Shown here one piece after another: positions 1-9,361 of a stretch of 64,000 nt of DNA. Where the stretch lies: positions 37,466-101,465 of the IMG/VR virus record IMGVR_UViG_3300035070_003528; one strand, written 5' to 3'. Made by a program: the position numbers and the translations under genes. How positions within the stretch are numbered: the first letter of the stretch is position 1; every line of letters begins with the position of its first letter. This stretch comes from a virus. A model generated the notes under the pieces. The model made no database searches. It was given only the letters and a program-made list of their open reading frames with translations, and had not been told where the DNA came from.

Positions 1-130
1 ATTAAAAAACCACTCAGCGGCAATGTACAAACCGGCAGTAGCATTAGATACAGCAACAGCAAAGCGATAGCCAGTAAATTCAGCTATCGCTTTTTCATAT
101 TTTTCTATTGTTGGGCCAGATGTAAGCCAA

Positions 131-364
131 TTACTTCTCAGGACTTTTTCGACTGCGCTTACGTCTTGATCCGTTATCGTCGGCTGTGCGTAATGAATCG
201 GTAATGTCGGTGTCGTCAATTTCTTCCTCGTGTTCAACAATGGTATAAACTATTCCTTTTTCGTCGTATTCGCACCTCCGGGTGTGAAGTATGGCTTGTT
301 CGTAACTCCACCCTAATCCAATGCCATCTTCGTGACTATCTAATTTTACTGTGTAAGTTGTCAT
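131..364 (-). CDS. hypothetical protein
   Basis: Last complete ORF of the minus-strand operon; co-oriented and closely spaced. Confidence 0.6.
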   Translation of the reverse strand: MTTYTVKLDSHEDGIGLGWSYEQAILHTRRCEYDEKGIVYTIVEHEEEIDDTDITDSLRTADDNGSRRKRSRKSPEK

Positions 365-378
365 AATTCTATAGTTCC

Positions 379-648
379 TTAGTCCTGAGTTTTGTATGCT
401 TGTATATCAGAAACGTCTAACACGTGCAAGGTTTGCCCGTCTACTTCTAAAGAAAGAGCATCAGAGGCGTTGTAATAAATCACAGTGCCTATTGTAATAG
501 CTATATCTCCCAAATCGACGACTTCCCCACTAATGAGATACCCATGCTTCGTTGAGTTAACCATTACAATACCAGAGTCTAATTCTTTTTCAAATGATTT
601 GTCGGGCTTAATTAAAACCCGATCTCCATAAGCGAAAATTGTTGCCAT
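379..648 (-). CDS. groES: GroES/Cpn10-like co-chaperonin
   Basis: 89 aa with GDRVLIKP...SGIV...GEVVDLG...DIQA, the Cpn10 pattern. Confidence 0.8.
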   Translation of the reverse strand: MATIFAYGDRVLIKPDKSFEKELDSGIVMVNSTKHGYLISGEVVDLGDIAITIGTVIYYNASDALSLEVDGQTLHVLDVSDIQAYKTQD

Positions 649-1580
649 TAAATATCTCTCCTAATCATTTCTACTAATTCTATTTGTGTAAATCTCTCGG
701 CTTGTTGTGACGATAACATGCCGTCATACCCGTATGGTAATTCGCCGAATCTACCTTGAGCGAGATGCAGGTACTTCCCATGTAAATCAGTAACGGCCGA
801 CATACTCAATTCTTCATCGCAAGTCATTTGTTCGTGTAATTTCTCACCGGGGCGAATACCGATTATTTTAACCGTCGCTTTTTTATTATACGCAATTTGA
901 TACGCATCTGCCAATTCCGCAATAGTACACGATTTCAAGTTGGGGATTATTTTACATCCACTGTAATCAGTTGCCATCAGCACATAATCAACTGCATCGG
1001 TAATTTGGTAAAAATAACGAGTCATAGTCGGTTCAGTTATTTCCAAAACAGAAATATCTTTCTTCATCTCACTATGCCATTTTTCAATCAGACTTCCTGT
1101 GCTTTTCCACACGTTGCCAAATCTAAGCACAGTTCCGCCTGAGTTTAGTACCATTTGTTCTGCGACTGCCTTACTTTGTCCGTATACATTAACGGGAGCA
1201 GCAGCCTTATCCGTACTGATGAAAACAAAATTACGGGTATCGTACTCAGAGAATACATCTAGTACATTTTGAGTGCCATCGATATTTACACCAATTACTT
1301 CACGGGTATTCACCTGCGCCATGCTAATATGCTTGTATGCAGCAGCGTGAATAACATCGGGCCAATTTGCTTTGCCAATTACATCTTTTACAGATTCTTT
1401 ATTACGAATATCACCGTTGATCATCGTAACGTCACTGCCCCATTTGCGAGACAGCGTTTCTTGGTCTGCCCATCGTCGGCTAATACCGTAGATGTGATTA
1501 TAAATGCCCCGGCGCAACACCTCGTCAACAACGTGACGGCCGAGGAACCCAGTGATACCTGTGATTACTAAATCAGTCAT
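648..1580 (-). CDS. UDP-GlcNAc 4,6-dehydratase (PseB/CapD, polysaccharide biosynthesis SDR family)
   Basis: ITGITGFLG Rossmann motif, HAAAYKH, ISTDKA, YGQSK, RFGNV, MTRYF and GIRPGEKLHE. Confidence 0.92.
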   Translation of the reverse strand: MTDLVITGITGFLGRHVVDEVLRRGIYNHIYGISRRWADQETLSRKWGSDVTMINGDIRNKESVKDVIGKANWPDVIHAAAYKHISMAQVNTREVIGVNIDGTQNVLDVFSEYDTRNFVFISTDKAAAPVNVYGQSKAVAEQMVLNSGGTVLRFGNVWKSTGSLIEKWHSEMKKDISVLEITEPTMTRYFYQITDAVDYVLMATDYSGCKIIPNLKSCTIAELADAYQIAYNKKATVKIIGIRPGEKLHEQMTCDEELSMSAVTDLHGKYLHLAQGRFGELPYGYDGMLSSQQAERFTQIELVEMIRRDI

Positions 1581-1950
1581 CGCTCGATACGGCCTCTAGG
1601 TGTGTGTTCATAATTAATGCATTAAGTTCAGGGACATACGCAACTGGGTAATCTATCTCATCTAACTCTTCAAGGTTTACCGTAAGGTAACTTAGAATAT
1701 CTGAGAATACGTCCTCTAGCCATTTCATGGTTGCTTCATCAATGTTATAATTTTCGTCGCGATACCGATAAGTAATATTTCCCCATCCAATCCATCCATC
1801 AAGAATGGACTCGCGGTCGGTTCTGTAGGGAAATGTTATGGTGTTTTTTAACGCTGAAATAAATCTAAAATCGTTGCTACTAATATCAAATATCTCAGCG
1901 GCACGATTAATATTTAATCCGATATTAATTGTATCGTGCGGGCTAATCAT
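1573..1950 (-). CDS. hypothetical protein
   Basis: Overlaps its neighbours at both ends within the operon. Confidence 0.65.
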   Translation of the reverse strand: MISPHDTINIGLNINRAAEIFDISSNDFRFISALKNTITFPYRTDRESILDGWIGWGNITYRYRDENYNIDEATMKWLEDVFSDILSYLTVNLEELDEIDYPVAYVPELNALIMNTHLEAVSSDD

Positions 1951-3056
1951 TTACCACCAATTACCTCTGCGATATGTTGTGCATTTGATAAATTGTCATA
2001 CACATCATAATACCGTTCTTTTTCGCATAGCGCGATAGTTCTATAGTCATCTAAATTCGCCGCGATTTTATCCAACGCGGCCAACCATCCTGCTTCATTT
2101 GATTTATCACACGTTGTCAAAATGCCCTGGTCAACAAATATACCAGATTTGCAATCAAAGAAATCTCGATATACTTCTGATTTTGTCGCAACGAATGGAA
2201 TGCCCATTGCAATATATTCCATCACCTTGAGCCTACTTCGTCGTTGATCGTATGGCATAGCCAATGGGGCGAGTCCAATATCAAAGCTACTTAATATACG
2301 AGGCCAATCGAAGAACATTACATAGTGACGAAACCATAGCTGATCATCTGGTAATCCAAGTTGTTTAATCAATCTATTGTCGCCAACCAGCCCAAATTGC
2401 CAATCATCGTGCTTAGATAAAAACTTGTGTAACGCACGTTCAACGCCACTGCGTGAGAAGCTAGTGAGATGGCTAAGACTTCCTCCCCACCCAACAGTCA
2501 ACTTGCTACCTTTAACATGGGGAATATCGTATCGGTGCGATTCGATGTAATTTGGCAAGTATTTCATTGGCGCAAACTTATTCCAGTCTGAACACAGCAC
2601 ACGACTTGGGGTAATGCCACCTGTAACATATTTCAATCCGTCACGAAACTGGTCAACAGGATGCTTATCTAATGTACGAACGTATTTATGCCCACCTGTG
2701 TTGACCTCTACTTCACCTTTGCCCCAGAACTTAAAGGCAGCGTTCTCTTCACCGATGTACTGATAGGCATCATCAAACGATACATAAACTTTTTTGCCTC
2801 GGCTCATCCAGTATGTAGCAACTTTGATGCTTTCATCGAGCAGTACACGTTGGATGATAATAATGTCAGTTTCGTTACACGCCAGTTTGCATCGTGCGTT
2901 ATTGGTCATCCAGTCTTGAACATAAATCCAAGAAATGTCATACCCAATTGATCTCAGTGCGTTTGCGGGAACAGAAAACGTGTAATTCGACGAATTATAT
3001 TCAGCGAAATTGTCTGCAAATACTAGGGCTAATTTAAATTTATTCTTGCTGGTCAT
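1947..3056 (-). CDS. glycosyltransferase, GT4/GT-B
   Basis: VGWGGS..H and FDIGLAPL...RSRLKVMEYIAMGIPFVAT. Confidence 0.88.
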   Translation of the reverse strand: MTSKNKFKLALVFADNFAEYNSSNYTFSVPANALRSIGYDISWIYVQDWMTNNARCKLACNETDIIIIQRVLLDESIKVATYWMSRGKKVYVSFDDAYQYIGEENAAFKFWGKGEVEVNTGGHKYVRTLDKHPVDQFRDGLKYVTGGITPSRVLCSDWNKFAPMKYLPNYIESHRYDIPHVKGSKLTVGWGGSLSHLTSFSRSGVERALHKFLSKHDDWQFGLVGDNRLIKQLGLPDDQLWFRHYVMFFDWPRILSSFDIGLAPLAMPYDQRRSRLKVMEYIAMGIPFVATKSEVYRDFFDCKSGIFVDQGILTTCDKSNEAGWLAALDKIAANLDDYRTIALCEKERYYDVYDNLSNAQHIAEVIGGK

Positions 3057-4203
3057 TTTTTAATTCGTTATACCGCCGGTCTACCCAATTATTATCATGT
3101 TTCATTTCTAGTGCTTTCCTAAATGCAAACAGTGCTTCATTGCGGTCGCCAATAGCCAGATAGCACTCGCCGACAAATCCATAGGTTGCCCAGTTATTCG
3201 GCTCTTTTTGCAATGCCCAATTAATGCAATGATGAACAAATGCATTATTATTCGATTCTATTGCCTTGTGTGCTGAAACGATAAAAGCTGGGTATTCCGC
3301 ATCATTGACGTATTTAATTGCCTGTAATTCATTTACCAGCGATTGTTTAACGCCGGTAAATGAGCAAGCCAGCATCAAAGTGACAAGTTGTTCGTCTATG
3401 TTCGCCTGTGGTACGAATTGAAGTTTTTTCAGTGTTGCGGCAAGTTCTTCTATTACAATGTTATCGCTGCCTCGTAAATCATTGGGATTAAGCAAACTCA
3501 TAGCCGTTTCTGGATAACGAGTTGCCAAGAACACACGACTGCGACCTTCTTTATACTGTCGCTGCATGAACGATTCCAATGTGTGTTTATGATAATGGAG
3601 ATTGATTGCCGTTGGATCAAATGAAGTTGCATACCCCTGCTTGCGTAGTTCGTGACCAAACGCAACATCTTCCCAGGCGGCTGTGGGGAACTCTTCTGGA
3701 AATCCACCGAAATTAAGGAAATCATCGCGATTCATCGAGAAGTTCGTTGTTAGCAAAAACCCAGTAGCGTCTGTTTTCCAGCCGGTGTTAGTTCGTAGAT
3801 TAGACCAATTCGCTTGCATCCCCATACGATCTAGCCACTGCATGAAACGAGTATCTAGCACGTCTGGATGAAATGGGCTGTATCCTTGTAATGCCGTATG
3901 TTTATTGTAATAATGGTGGATTTGATGACGTAGAATTAAATCTCGTTGCGGGAAGCAATCGTCCCCAACAAAAAGAACAGTATCCCCAACTGCCTCACGT
4001 GCGCCTACGTTACGCGCAACTGCTGGGCCACGATTAGTTTCATTATTGATTACACGCACAAATGGAGAGTTGTATTCAATATATTCTCCGCCATCGTTTA
4101 CAACAATAACCTCAAATTCTTTCGCTGTTTGATGGTCGTATTTATCTAAATGAGCGTACAAAATATGCTTGTTGTTGTATGTTGGGATAATTACACTAAT
4201 CAT
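3040..4203 (-). CDS. glycosyltransferase GT2 with C-terminal TPR
   Basis: MISVIIPTYN, VVNDG, GPAVARNVGA, FVGDD, GGFPEEF...WEDVAFG; TPR-like C-terminus. Start moved to the ATG at 4203. Confidence 0.9.
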   Translation of the reverse strand: MISVIIPTYNNKHILYAHLDKYDHQTAKEFEVIVVNDGGEYIEYNSPFVRVINNETNRGPAVARNVGAREAVGDTVLFVGDDCFPQRDLILRHQIHHYYNKHTALQGYSPFHPDVLDTRFMQWLDRMGMQANWSNLRTNTGWKTDATGFLLTTNFSMNRDDFLNFGGFPEEFPTAAWEDVAFGHELRKQGYATSFDPTAINLHYHKHTLESFMQRQYKEGRSRVFLATRYPETAMSLLNPNDLRGSDNIVIEELAATLKKLQFVPQANIDEQLVTLMLACSFTGVKQSLVNELQAIKYVNDAEYPAFIVSAHKAIESNNNAFVHHCINWALQKEPNNWATYGFVGECYLAIGDRNEALFAFRKALEMKHDNNWVDRRYNELKNDQQE

Positions 4204-4208
4204 AATGC

Positions 4209-4757
4209 TTACTTGCCCCCTTTCATTGCCGTTTTCACACAAAACGGAGCACATACACCATTGCTGAAATGACTCGCTGCTTCTAATGCCAGCAAAATAC
4301 GAGACTGCGGCTCATTTGATGCGCTGGAAAATAAACTTCCTAGAGCAAAGTTAGCCCCGCACCCCACCGCCGCATAATCATCCATATGTATATTAACCTG
4401 ATAATCAACCTCTATGTTATAAATCTCTCCACGGTATCCAACAATAAACTGTCCTCCAGATTCTTGCCCGTCCCGTATGGTCGAGAATCCCCCAGACGAT
4501 AGACATTCTCTGACACAATCAACAAAAGCTGTTGCCATATATTCTGTGTCATCCATTCCATCTGGCTGATTTGGGGCGTTTAGTTTATACTGTAATAGCT
4601 GTCCCATTCTGAATGATGTGGTATACCCGATAATAAACTCTCCTTTAACAAACACCTTCTCTAATTTGGACGAAAATATTTCCCATCCATTAGCGGCAGC
4701 AGAGTCAGCACCAACATAAACTGTTCCGTTCTCTTTTATTGCAACAATGCACGTCAT
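4209..4757 (-). CDS. HslV/proteasome-beta-like Ntn hydrolase
   Basis: N-terminal M-T-C-I-V with a Thr nucleophile, GADS, and AVGCGANFALG. Confidence 0.8.
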   Translation of the reverse strand: MTCIVAIKENGTVYVGADSAAANGWEIFSSKLEKVFVKGEFIIGYTTSFRMGQLLQYKLNAPNQPDGMDDTEYMATAFVDCVRECLSSGGFSTIRDGQESGGQFIVGYRGEIYNIEVDYQVNIHMDDYAAVGCGANFALGSLFSSASNEPQSRILLALEAASHFSNGVCAPFCVKTAMKGGK

Positions 4758-5893
4758 AATGTTCTCTTTATTTCCTTAACCACAACGGTCGTTGCCTTGC
4801 CAAGATTCTCTCCGAATTCATCACGAATAAACTTAGCCACTTGTTTTGTGTCAAATTCCGCAATGTGCTCTTGAATATTCGCCAACATATTAGGGAAAGT
4901 TTGCTGTGTTGCACTCAATGCCGCAACTGGAGCTAGTGGTTGTAGAATATCGTATCCGTTTTGCTGGTATTCAATTACAACTGCACCTAACGCAACTGCT
5001 TCTAACATAATCGTGCTATGCTGACCAACTACAATTGTGTTGCCATTACGGCATAGAATCAGATTCTCCGGCGCGTTGTATGTCGTTAGTTTCTGGGGTA
5101 AATCACCGTATGTTCCTGCTTCTAGCTCAAACGGATGTGGGCGAAACACGAAATCGAAACCAAGTTTTGTGGCAAAGTTGTGAAGGAAACTTGCATCTTG
5201 TGCTATGTTTCCAATGTATTCCTCTTGAAGTGTCGGGACAAAAAGCACGGTTTGCCGCCCACCGGATAGAGCATGTGCTTCTTCTCTACTCATGTTAACA
5301 TATTTATCTAAATGGACAGGCCCAGATACAACCAGTTGGCTATTTTTCAACCCGGCAGCGATGTATTGCTTTTTAGTTGTGCTACTCCAAACAAACAGCT
5401 TGTCAACAAATTCACTTGCTGACTGTTGTTTATTCATGGTAATCTGATCTCTGTCGCGCAATACACCCTCTTGAAAAGCGAATACTGGTACACCTGTTTC
5501 TTGTGCAAGGTAAGCAAGCGGTTTAGCAAAGAAGTTGTTACTGTGGAGAATCAAAACGGCCGTTGCGCTTGAAATTACATTGCGATAGGTTACGATTAAT
5601 TCAGCCGCCTCTCTAACTGAGTATACTTGCCACCAAGGAGCAACCCCAGGCAACAATGGCATGTCTCTAAGCGTTCTCTCGACAATGCTGTCAACCAATT
5701 TGTCGTCACCGGGTTTAAATGATGTATACGAATGAATGTACGGTTGACCAGACGCATTCATGTACAACAGCGGCGGGTCGATGTTGATGGCATTATTGGT
5801 TATCAACCAGCGCACATCTCGATCTGCCAATGCGTCAAATACCGGCTGTAATTTTTTCTTATGGTGTTCTCTACCACTGAATACTAAGATCAA
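4754..5893 (-). CDS. GT-B fold sugar transferase/epimerase-like protein
   Basis: FQEG, G-P-x-x-D, FRPHPFE and STIMLEAVALG motifs typical of capsule-synthesis GT-B enzymes. Confidence 0.7.
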   Translation of the reverse strand: MILVFSGREHHKKKLQPVFDALADRDVRWLITNNAINIDPPLLYMNASGQPYIHSYTSFKPGDDKLVDSIVERTLRDMPLLPGVAPWWQVYSVREAAELIVTYRNVISSATAVLILHSNNFFAKPLAYLAQETGVPVFAFQEGVLRDRDQITMNKQQSASEFVDKLFVWSSTTKKQYIAAGLKNSQLVVSGPVHLDKYVNMSREEAHALSGGRQTVLFVPTLQEEYIGNIAQDASFLHNFATKLGFDFVFRPHPFELEAGTYGDLPQKLTTYNAPENLILCRNGNTIVVGQHSTIMLEAVALGAVVIEYQQNGYDILQPLAPVAALSATQQTFPNMLANIQEHIAEFDTKQVAKFIRDEFGENLGKATTVVVKEIKRTL

Positions 5894-6108
5894 CTAATTC
5901 CTCCAATCTTATGTTCTAGATCGGCTGTAACCTCAAGCCAATTTTCCGGCACTGAATTGTTTGGCGCATATTCCCACACAATAAACTCTGTTCTGTACCC
6001 CCTGCCGCATTTTTTGCACCTGAATATTTTGTAATGCGACACAGAAATAGTTTCGCCACAAACGCAGTCAACAAAACATTGGGTATCTTCGCTGCTGTAA
6101 TTAATCAT
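5890..6108 (-). CDS. small zinc-ribbon protein
   Basis: CVCG...CKKCG; overlaps the next gene. Confidence 0.55.
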   Translation of the reverse strand: MINYSSEDTQCFVDCVCGETISVSHYKIFRCKKCGRGYRTEFIVWEYAPNNSVPENWLEVTADLEHKIGGIS

Positions 6109-6288
6109 AGTACCCCACTAAATACTAGTATCATAATATTTTTTCTATGAACAGCCAGCCAATATGCAATTGGTTCGATCTTTGCTTATTAAATGTTTGA
6201 GCATTTTTGAAGTGATAAAGTCTAAATTTATTTGATAAGCGAAGAACAACTTTGCCTATCTTGAAAATCTTTTTCAGTCTAAGATTGC

Positions 6289-7200
6289 TCATTGTAAGAC
6301 TCCTGAAAAAAAACTAGCTTTCTCTGTATTTGCAATATCATAATAAGTAATCTTTACATTTTCTGGAAATTGACGAACCAAGTTTTCGTCATAAGTTGGG
6401 AGTAATACCTCCTCGCAGTTATGTAATCCAATAGCATCCTGTAATTCAATTTGTTCGTGCTGTGCTAGTTGTGGGAATGTTTTCATAAACTTACGCCATT
6501 CTGTGTTGTTAGGAAACCCGATAACCAGTTTTTTGTCACCGAGTTCAATAGACTGGAACATAACCAATGCCTTCCAATCAAATCGACTGTCGTAATACAT
6601 TCCAATTGTTTTCTTTCGCAATTCAGTTGGGCGAGGACGAGTTGGCACATCAAGCCCAGCAGAAACAACTTTCTTTATTTTATTCTTCAATAGAAATTGA
6701 CGCTCTTGTTCGTGACTAACAACTAGGCTTATTTTGTTATACCAACGCAGAAAATCCATATGCTGGCGGTCTAGTATACTACTGGTTTTAACGGCCGTCG
6801 CTTTACCAACGTGTTCAACTGCTTGCCAAATAACTGGATTGTGTAAATCGAACGAGACAATCAGTTCGTCAAAATTAATCATATCCAGAATGCTAGTAAT
6901 ATCATTGTGTGGATAATACCAAAAGCGCAGTCGATCAATACCCAGAACTTTCCACGCTGGCAATGAAGTAGTATCAATATTGATACCATCTAACACACCG
7001 GGCATAGCGATTTCATTGAATGATTTATCCCGTTCGGCCGTTGTGCTACTACGTGAAACAATTGGGATAATACTAATACCGAGTTTGGTAAATGGGTCAG
7101 AAAGTTGTGCTGACGCGATTACAATTCGCTCTGATGTTGGGGTGCGCAATATCTCAGCCAGCAGTAATTCAGACGAACGGGTTACGATGAATAACTTCAA
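6289..7200 (-). CDS. hypothetical protein, possibly degenerate GT-B fold
   Basis: Large alpha/beta ORF in the sugar cluster; TTG start overlaps the upstream stop and follows a GGAGG RBS. Confidence 0.6.
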   Translation of the reverse strand: MKLFIVTRSSELLLAEILRTPTSERIVIASAQLSDPFTKLGISIIPIVSRSSTTAERDKSFNEIAMPGVLDGINIDTTSLPAWKVLGIDRLRFWYYPHNDITSILDMINFDELIVSFDLHNPVIWQAVEHVGKATAVKTSSILDRQHMDFLRWYNKISLVVSHEQERQFLLKNKIKKVVSAGLDVPTRPRPTELRKKTIGMYYDSRFDWKALVMFQSIELGDKKLVIGFPNNTEWRKFMKTFPQLAQHEQIELQDAIGLHNCEEVLLPTYDENLVRQFPENVKITYYDIANTEKASFFSGVLQ

Positions 7201-8384
7201 ATTCGCTCCTCCCATGTGCTAATGTAACTAGCAACGGCCGTTTTGCCCACTGCTCCGCGATTGATGTCAAGCACACTGTTGTTCCAATTGTGTTGCATAA
7301 TAACGTTCTGTAACTCAGCTATGTTTTTTGTTGGCAACACGTCATTGAACTGCAACTCATCAAGTTTGCTTACAATCGCACGTGCGACTCGTTCTGTTGC
7401 AGGTGCATCTAATCCACATGCCGCAATGTACTCTACATCTGGGTCTGGCTCGAAAAACGCTGTTGTTGCATACTCTAGTAATTCACTAACACTGAGGCAA
7501 CTTGGACGATTGGCGTATCCATCGTCCTCTGGTTCGCCAAATGAAACAACTGGTTTGTTTTGTAACATTGCGTCGAGTTCCGTAATACAACCAACCCGAT
7601 TTACCACAGCGTCACACGCTGCAATTACATTAAACACAGTGTCTTGGGTAACGCAGACGTAGTTACGCTCGTCGCACCAGCGTTGTATTTCAATGACATC
7701 TTCCATTGGGTGCGGTTTTACAAGTATTTGCCAAGATGGATTCTCGTCGTGCAGAGCATCAACGGCCGTCATGAAGCGTTGGCGTTCTCTCATTTCGTTT
7801 TGCGCAAATACCAGCGGGTCTTCTCTTCCGCTGATTTTTGTAACGCCTAGGTCATGCCAGTCGCTTTTGTTAAACTGTGTGTCTTGAAACGCGAATTTTG
7901 CTTGTGGAAATGATGTGAATACACCAACAACCGGGTCATCTCCAAGTCCGTATTTGGCACGTACTTTGTCGCAATCGTCAATTAGATTCGTGTGGGTGTA
8001 ATGCACATCGAAACGGGGGCAACCAGTTACAACTGCGTCGGTTGTAGTAAATTGTTTGGCAACGTGTTCGTTCCACGATAGGAATAAATCAATTTTTCCA
8101 TCTTGACTGTTTACAAACCACTGCTCTTGTTCGACAGTGTTCGGCCGTCCTTCTGTTGGCATTACAATACTGTATGGCGCACGACGAATAATTTCTTCAT
8201 TACGAAAACCAATTGCATGGTTCAGTATCACAACATGAGGCTTGAATAATTCCATTGTTTCTCGCCACAAGTCGATTGAAACAGCTATTACATCATAATT
8301 ACGTAACTCAACCAAGCGTTTTTTGACCAACAAACATGGAATTGTGTCTCGATAACGACTGTCTACAAAAATTGCTACTCTCAT
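7197..8384 (-). CDS. surface carbohydrate biosynthesis protein (GT-B fold)
   Basis: VDSRYRD, PTEG, VTGCPRFD, VKPHPME and ELDAMLQNKPVV. Confidence 0.75.
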   Translation of the reverse strand: MRVAIFVDSRYRDTIPCLLVKKRLVELRNYDVIAVSIDLWRETMELFKPHVVILNHAIGFRNEEIIRRAPYSIVMPTEGRPNTVEQEQWFVNSQDGKIDLFLSWNEHVAKQFTTTDAVVTGCPRFDVHYTHTNLIDDCDKVRAKYGLGDDPVVGVFTSFPQAKFAFQDTQFNKSDWHDLGVTKISGREDPLVFAQNEMRERQRFMTAVDALHDENPSWQILVKPHPMEDVIEIQRWCDERNYVCVTQDTVFNVIAACDAVVNRVGCITELDAMLQNKPVVSFGEPEDDGYANRPSCLSVSELLEYATTAFFEPDPDVEYIAACGLDAPATERVARAIVSKLDELQFNDVLPTKNIAELQNVIMQHNWNNSVLDINRGAVGKTAVASYISTWEERI

Positions 8385-8545
8385 GCAATCATGTACTCCA
8401 TCAACGTAGGCAGGGGCAAAACAGTCGTATGCTTATCCCCGTGGTGTCGGCCTACAAAGATTAGACTAGCACCACTGGTTGACCACACGAACGAAACAAT
8501 TGGTGTGTTGCAGTCCTTGCAGCGAAGCAATACGCTAGTTGCCAT
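8381..8545 (-). CDS. 54-aa putative Zn-binding protein (not in the ORF track)
   Basis: MATSVLLRCKDCNTP...RHHGDKH; start and stop overlap both neighbours. Confidence 0.6.
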   Translation of the reverse strand: MATSVLLRCKDCNTPIVSFVWSTSGASLIFVGRHHGDKHTTVLPLPTLMEYMIA

Positions 8546-8745
8546 TAAGAAAAGAAAATTCGGTTCAGAGTTGCTTTTAGCTGGGACAGGAATTGACCAA
8601 GTTGTTCCTGGTTGCCAGTGTCAACATTACGGCCGTGATTCAACACGACTTCCCACACTCGTTGGGCATCTGCCAAAGACACCGGTTCTCCCTGTGCCAT
8701 TTTTGCGAATGCTGCTGTTTGTAATTCTAGGTTAAGATTGTTCAT
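8545..8745 (-). CDS. hypothetical protein
   Basis: AAGGAG RBS; first gene after the promoter at 8825-8852. Confidence 0.7.
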   Translation of the reverse strand: MNNLNLELQTAAFAKMAQGEPVSLADAQRVWEVVLNHGRNVDTGNQEQLGQFLSQLKATLNRIFFS

Positions 8746-8756
8746 AATTCTCCTTA

Positions 8757-8784
8757 AAATAAAAAATGCGCCACTGTGGGCGCA
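8757..8784 (-). terminator. intrinsic terminator-like hairpin upstream of the sugar operon
   Basis: TGCGCC-CACAGT-GGCGCA followed by TTTTTTATTTT on the minus strand. Confidence 0.65.
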
Positions 8785-8824
8785 AATTAAAAAGCAACTA
8801 GCCCATCAGGTGGTTCTAGTTGCC

Positions 8825-8852
8825 ATTATATCATCGTTATACGAAATGTCAA
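8825..8852 (-). promoter_or_regulatory. sigma70-type promoter
   Basis: TTGACA-N16-TATAAT on the minus strand. Confidence 0.7.
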
Positions 8853-9361
8853 CGATTGAATATTTGTTGCAATGCGTTTCCTATTTTTTGCGCAGCTTGT
8901 TGTAAATAACTATCTGCGCGAGTAACCGAATAGCGACTCTCGCCGGTTCGTCGTATATCTATTCCAATCTCAGCCCCTATTTCTGTCACGTTGCGCCAAC
9001 CGTGCTGCCTATGAAATGCGGCTTGCTTTGCATTATCATGCACATATGGTGAATATGTAGCTGGATTATCGACGGTTGTAGACGATCCAAACGGAGAATT
9101 GACCGCCCAACTTGGCCCAAGATTTTGACTACGGGGGTCAACACGGCCATTTGCGTGAACTAACCCACTGCCACGTACCCAATATGGAACAGGCGGTCTG
9201 TTTCCAGCATTTTCTGGGGGGTACACACGTGCCTCTCGTACAAAGTCGTATCCAATGCGACGAGAAATATCTTGAACTTGTAATGTCGCTTCTTGTTCAA
9301 CACGTGCGGCGAAAATAAGATTCGCTTTGTTCACAATATAAGCGCGTAAATCTACTGCCAT
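8849..9361 (-). CDS. HK97 gp10-like head/tail completion protein
   Basis: Directly after the portal; YPP...Y.R...L..SW...V.N.A.YSPYVH...QA..H...GW pattern. Confidence 0.6.
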   Translation of the reverse strand: MAVDLRAYIVNKANLIFAARVEQEATLQVQDISRRIGYDFVREARVYPPENAGNRPPVPYWVRGSGLVHANGRVDPRSQNLGPSWAVNSPFGSSTTVDNPATYSPYVHDNAKQAAFHRQHGWRNVTEIGAEIGIDIRRTGESRYSVTRADSYLQQAAQKIGNALQQIFNR

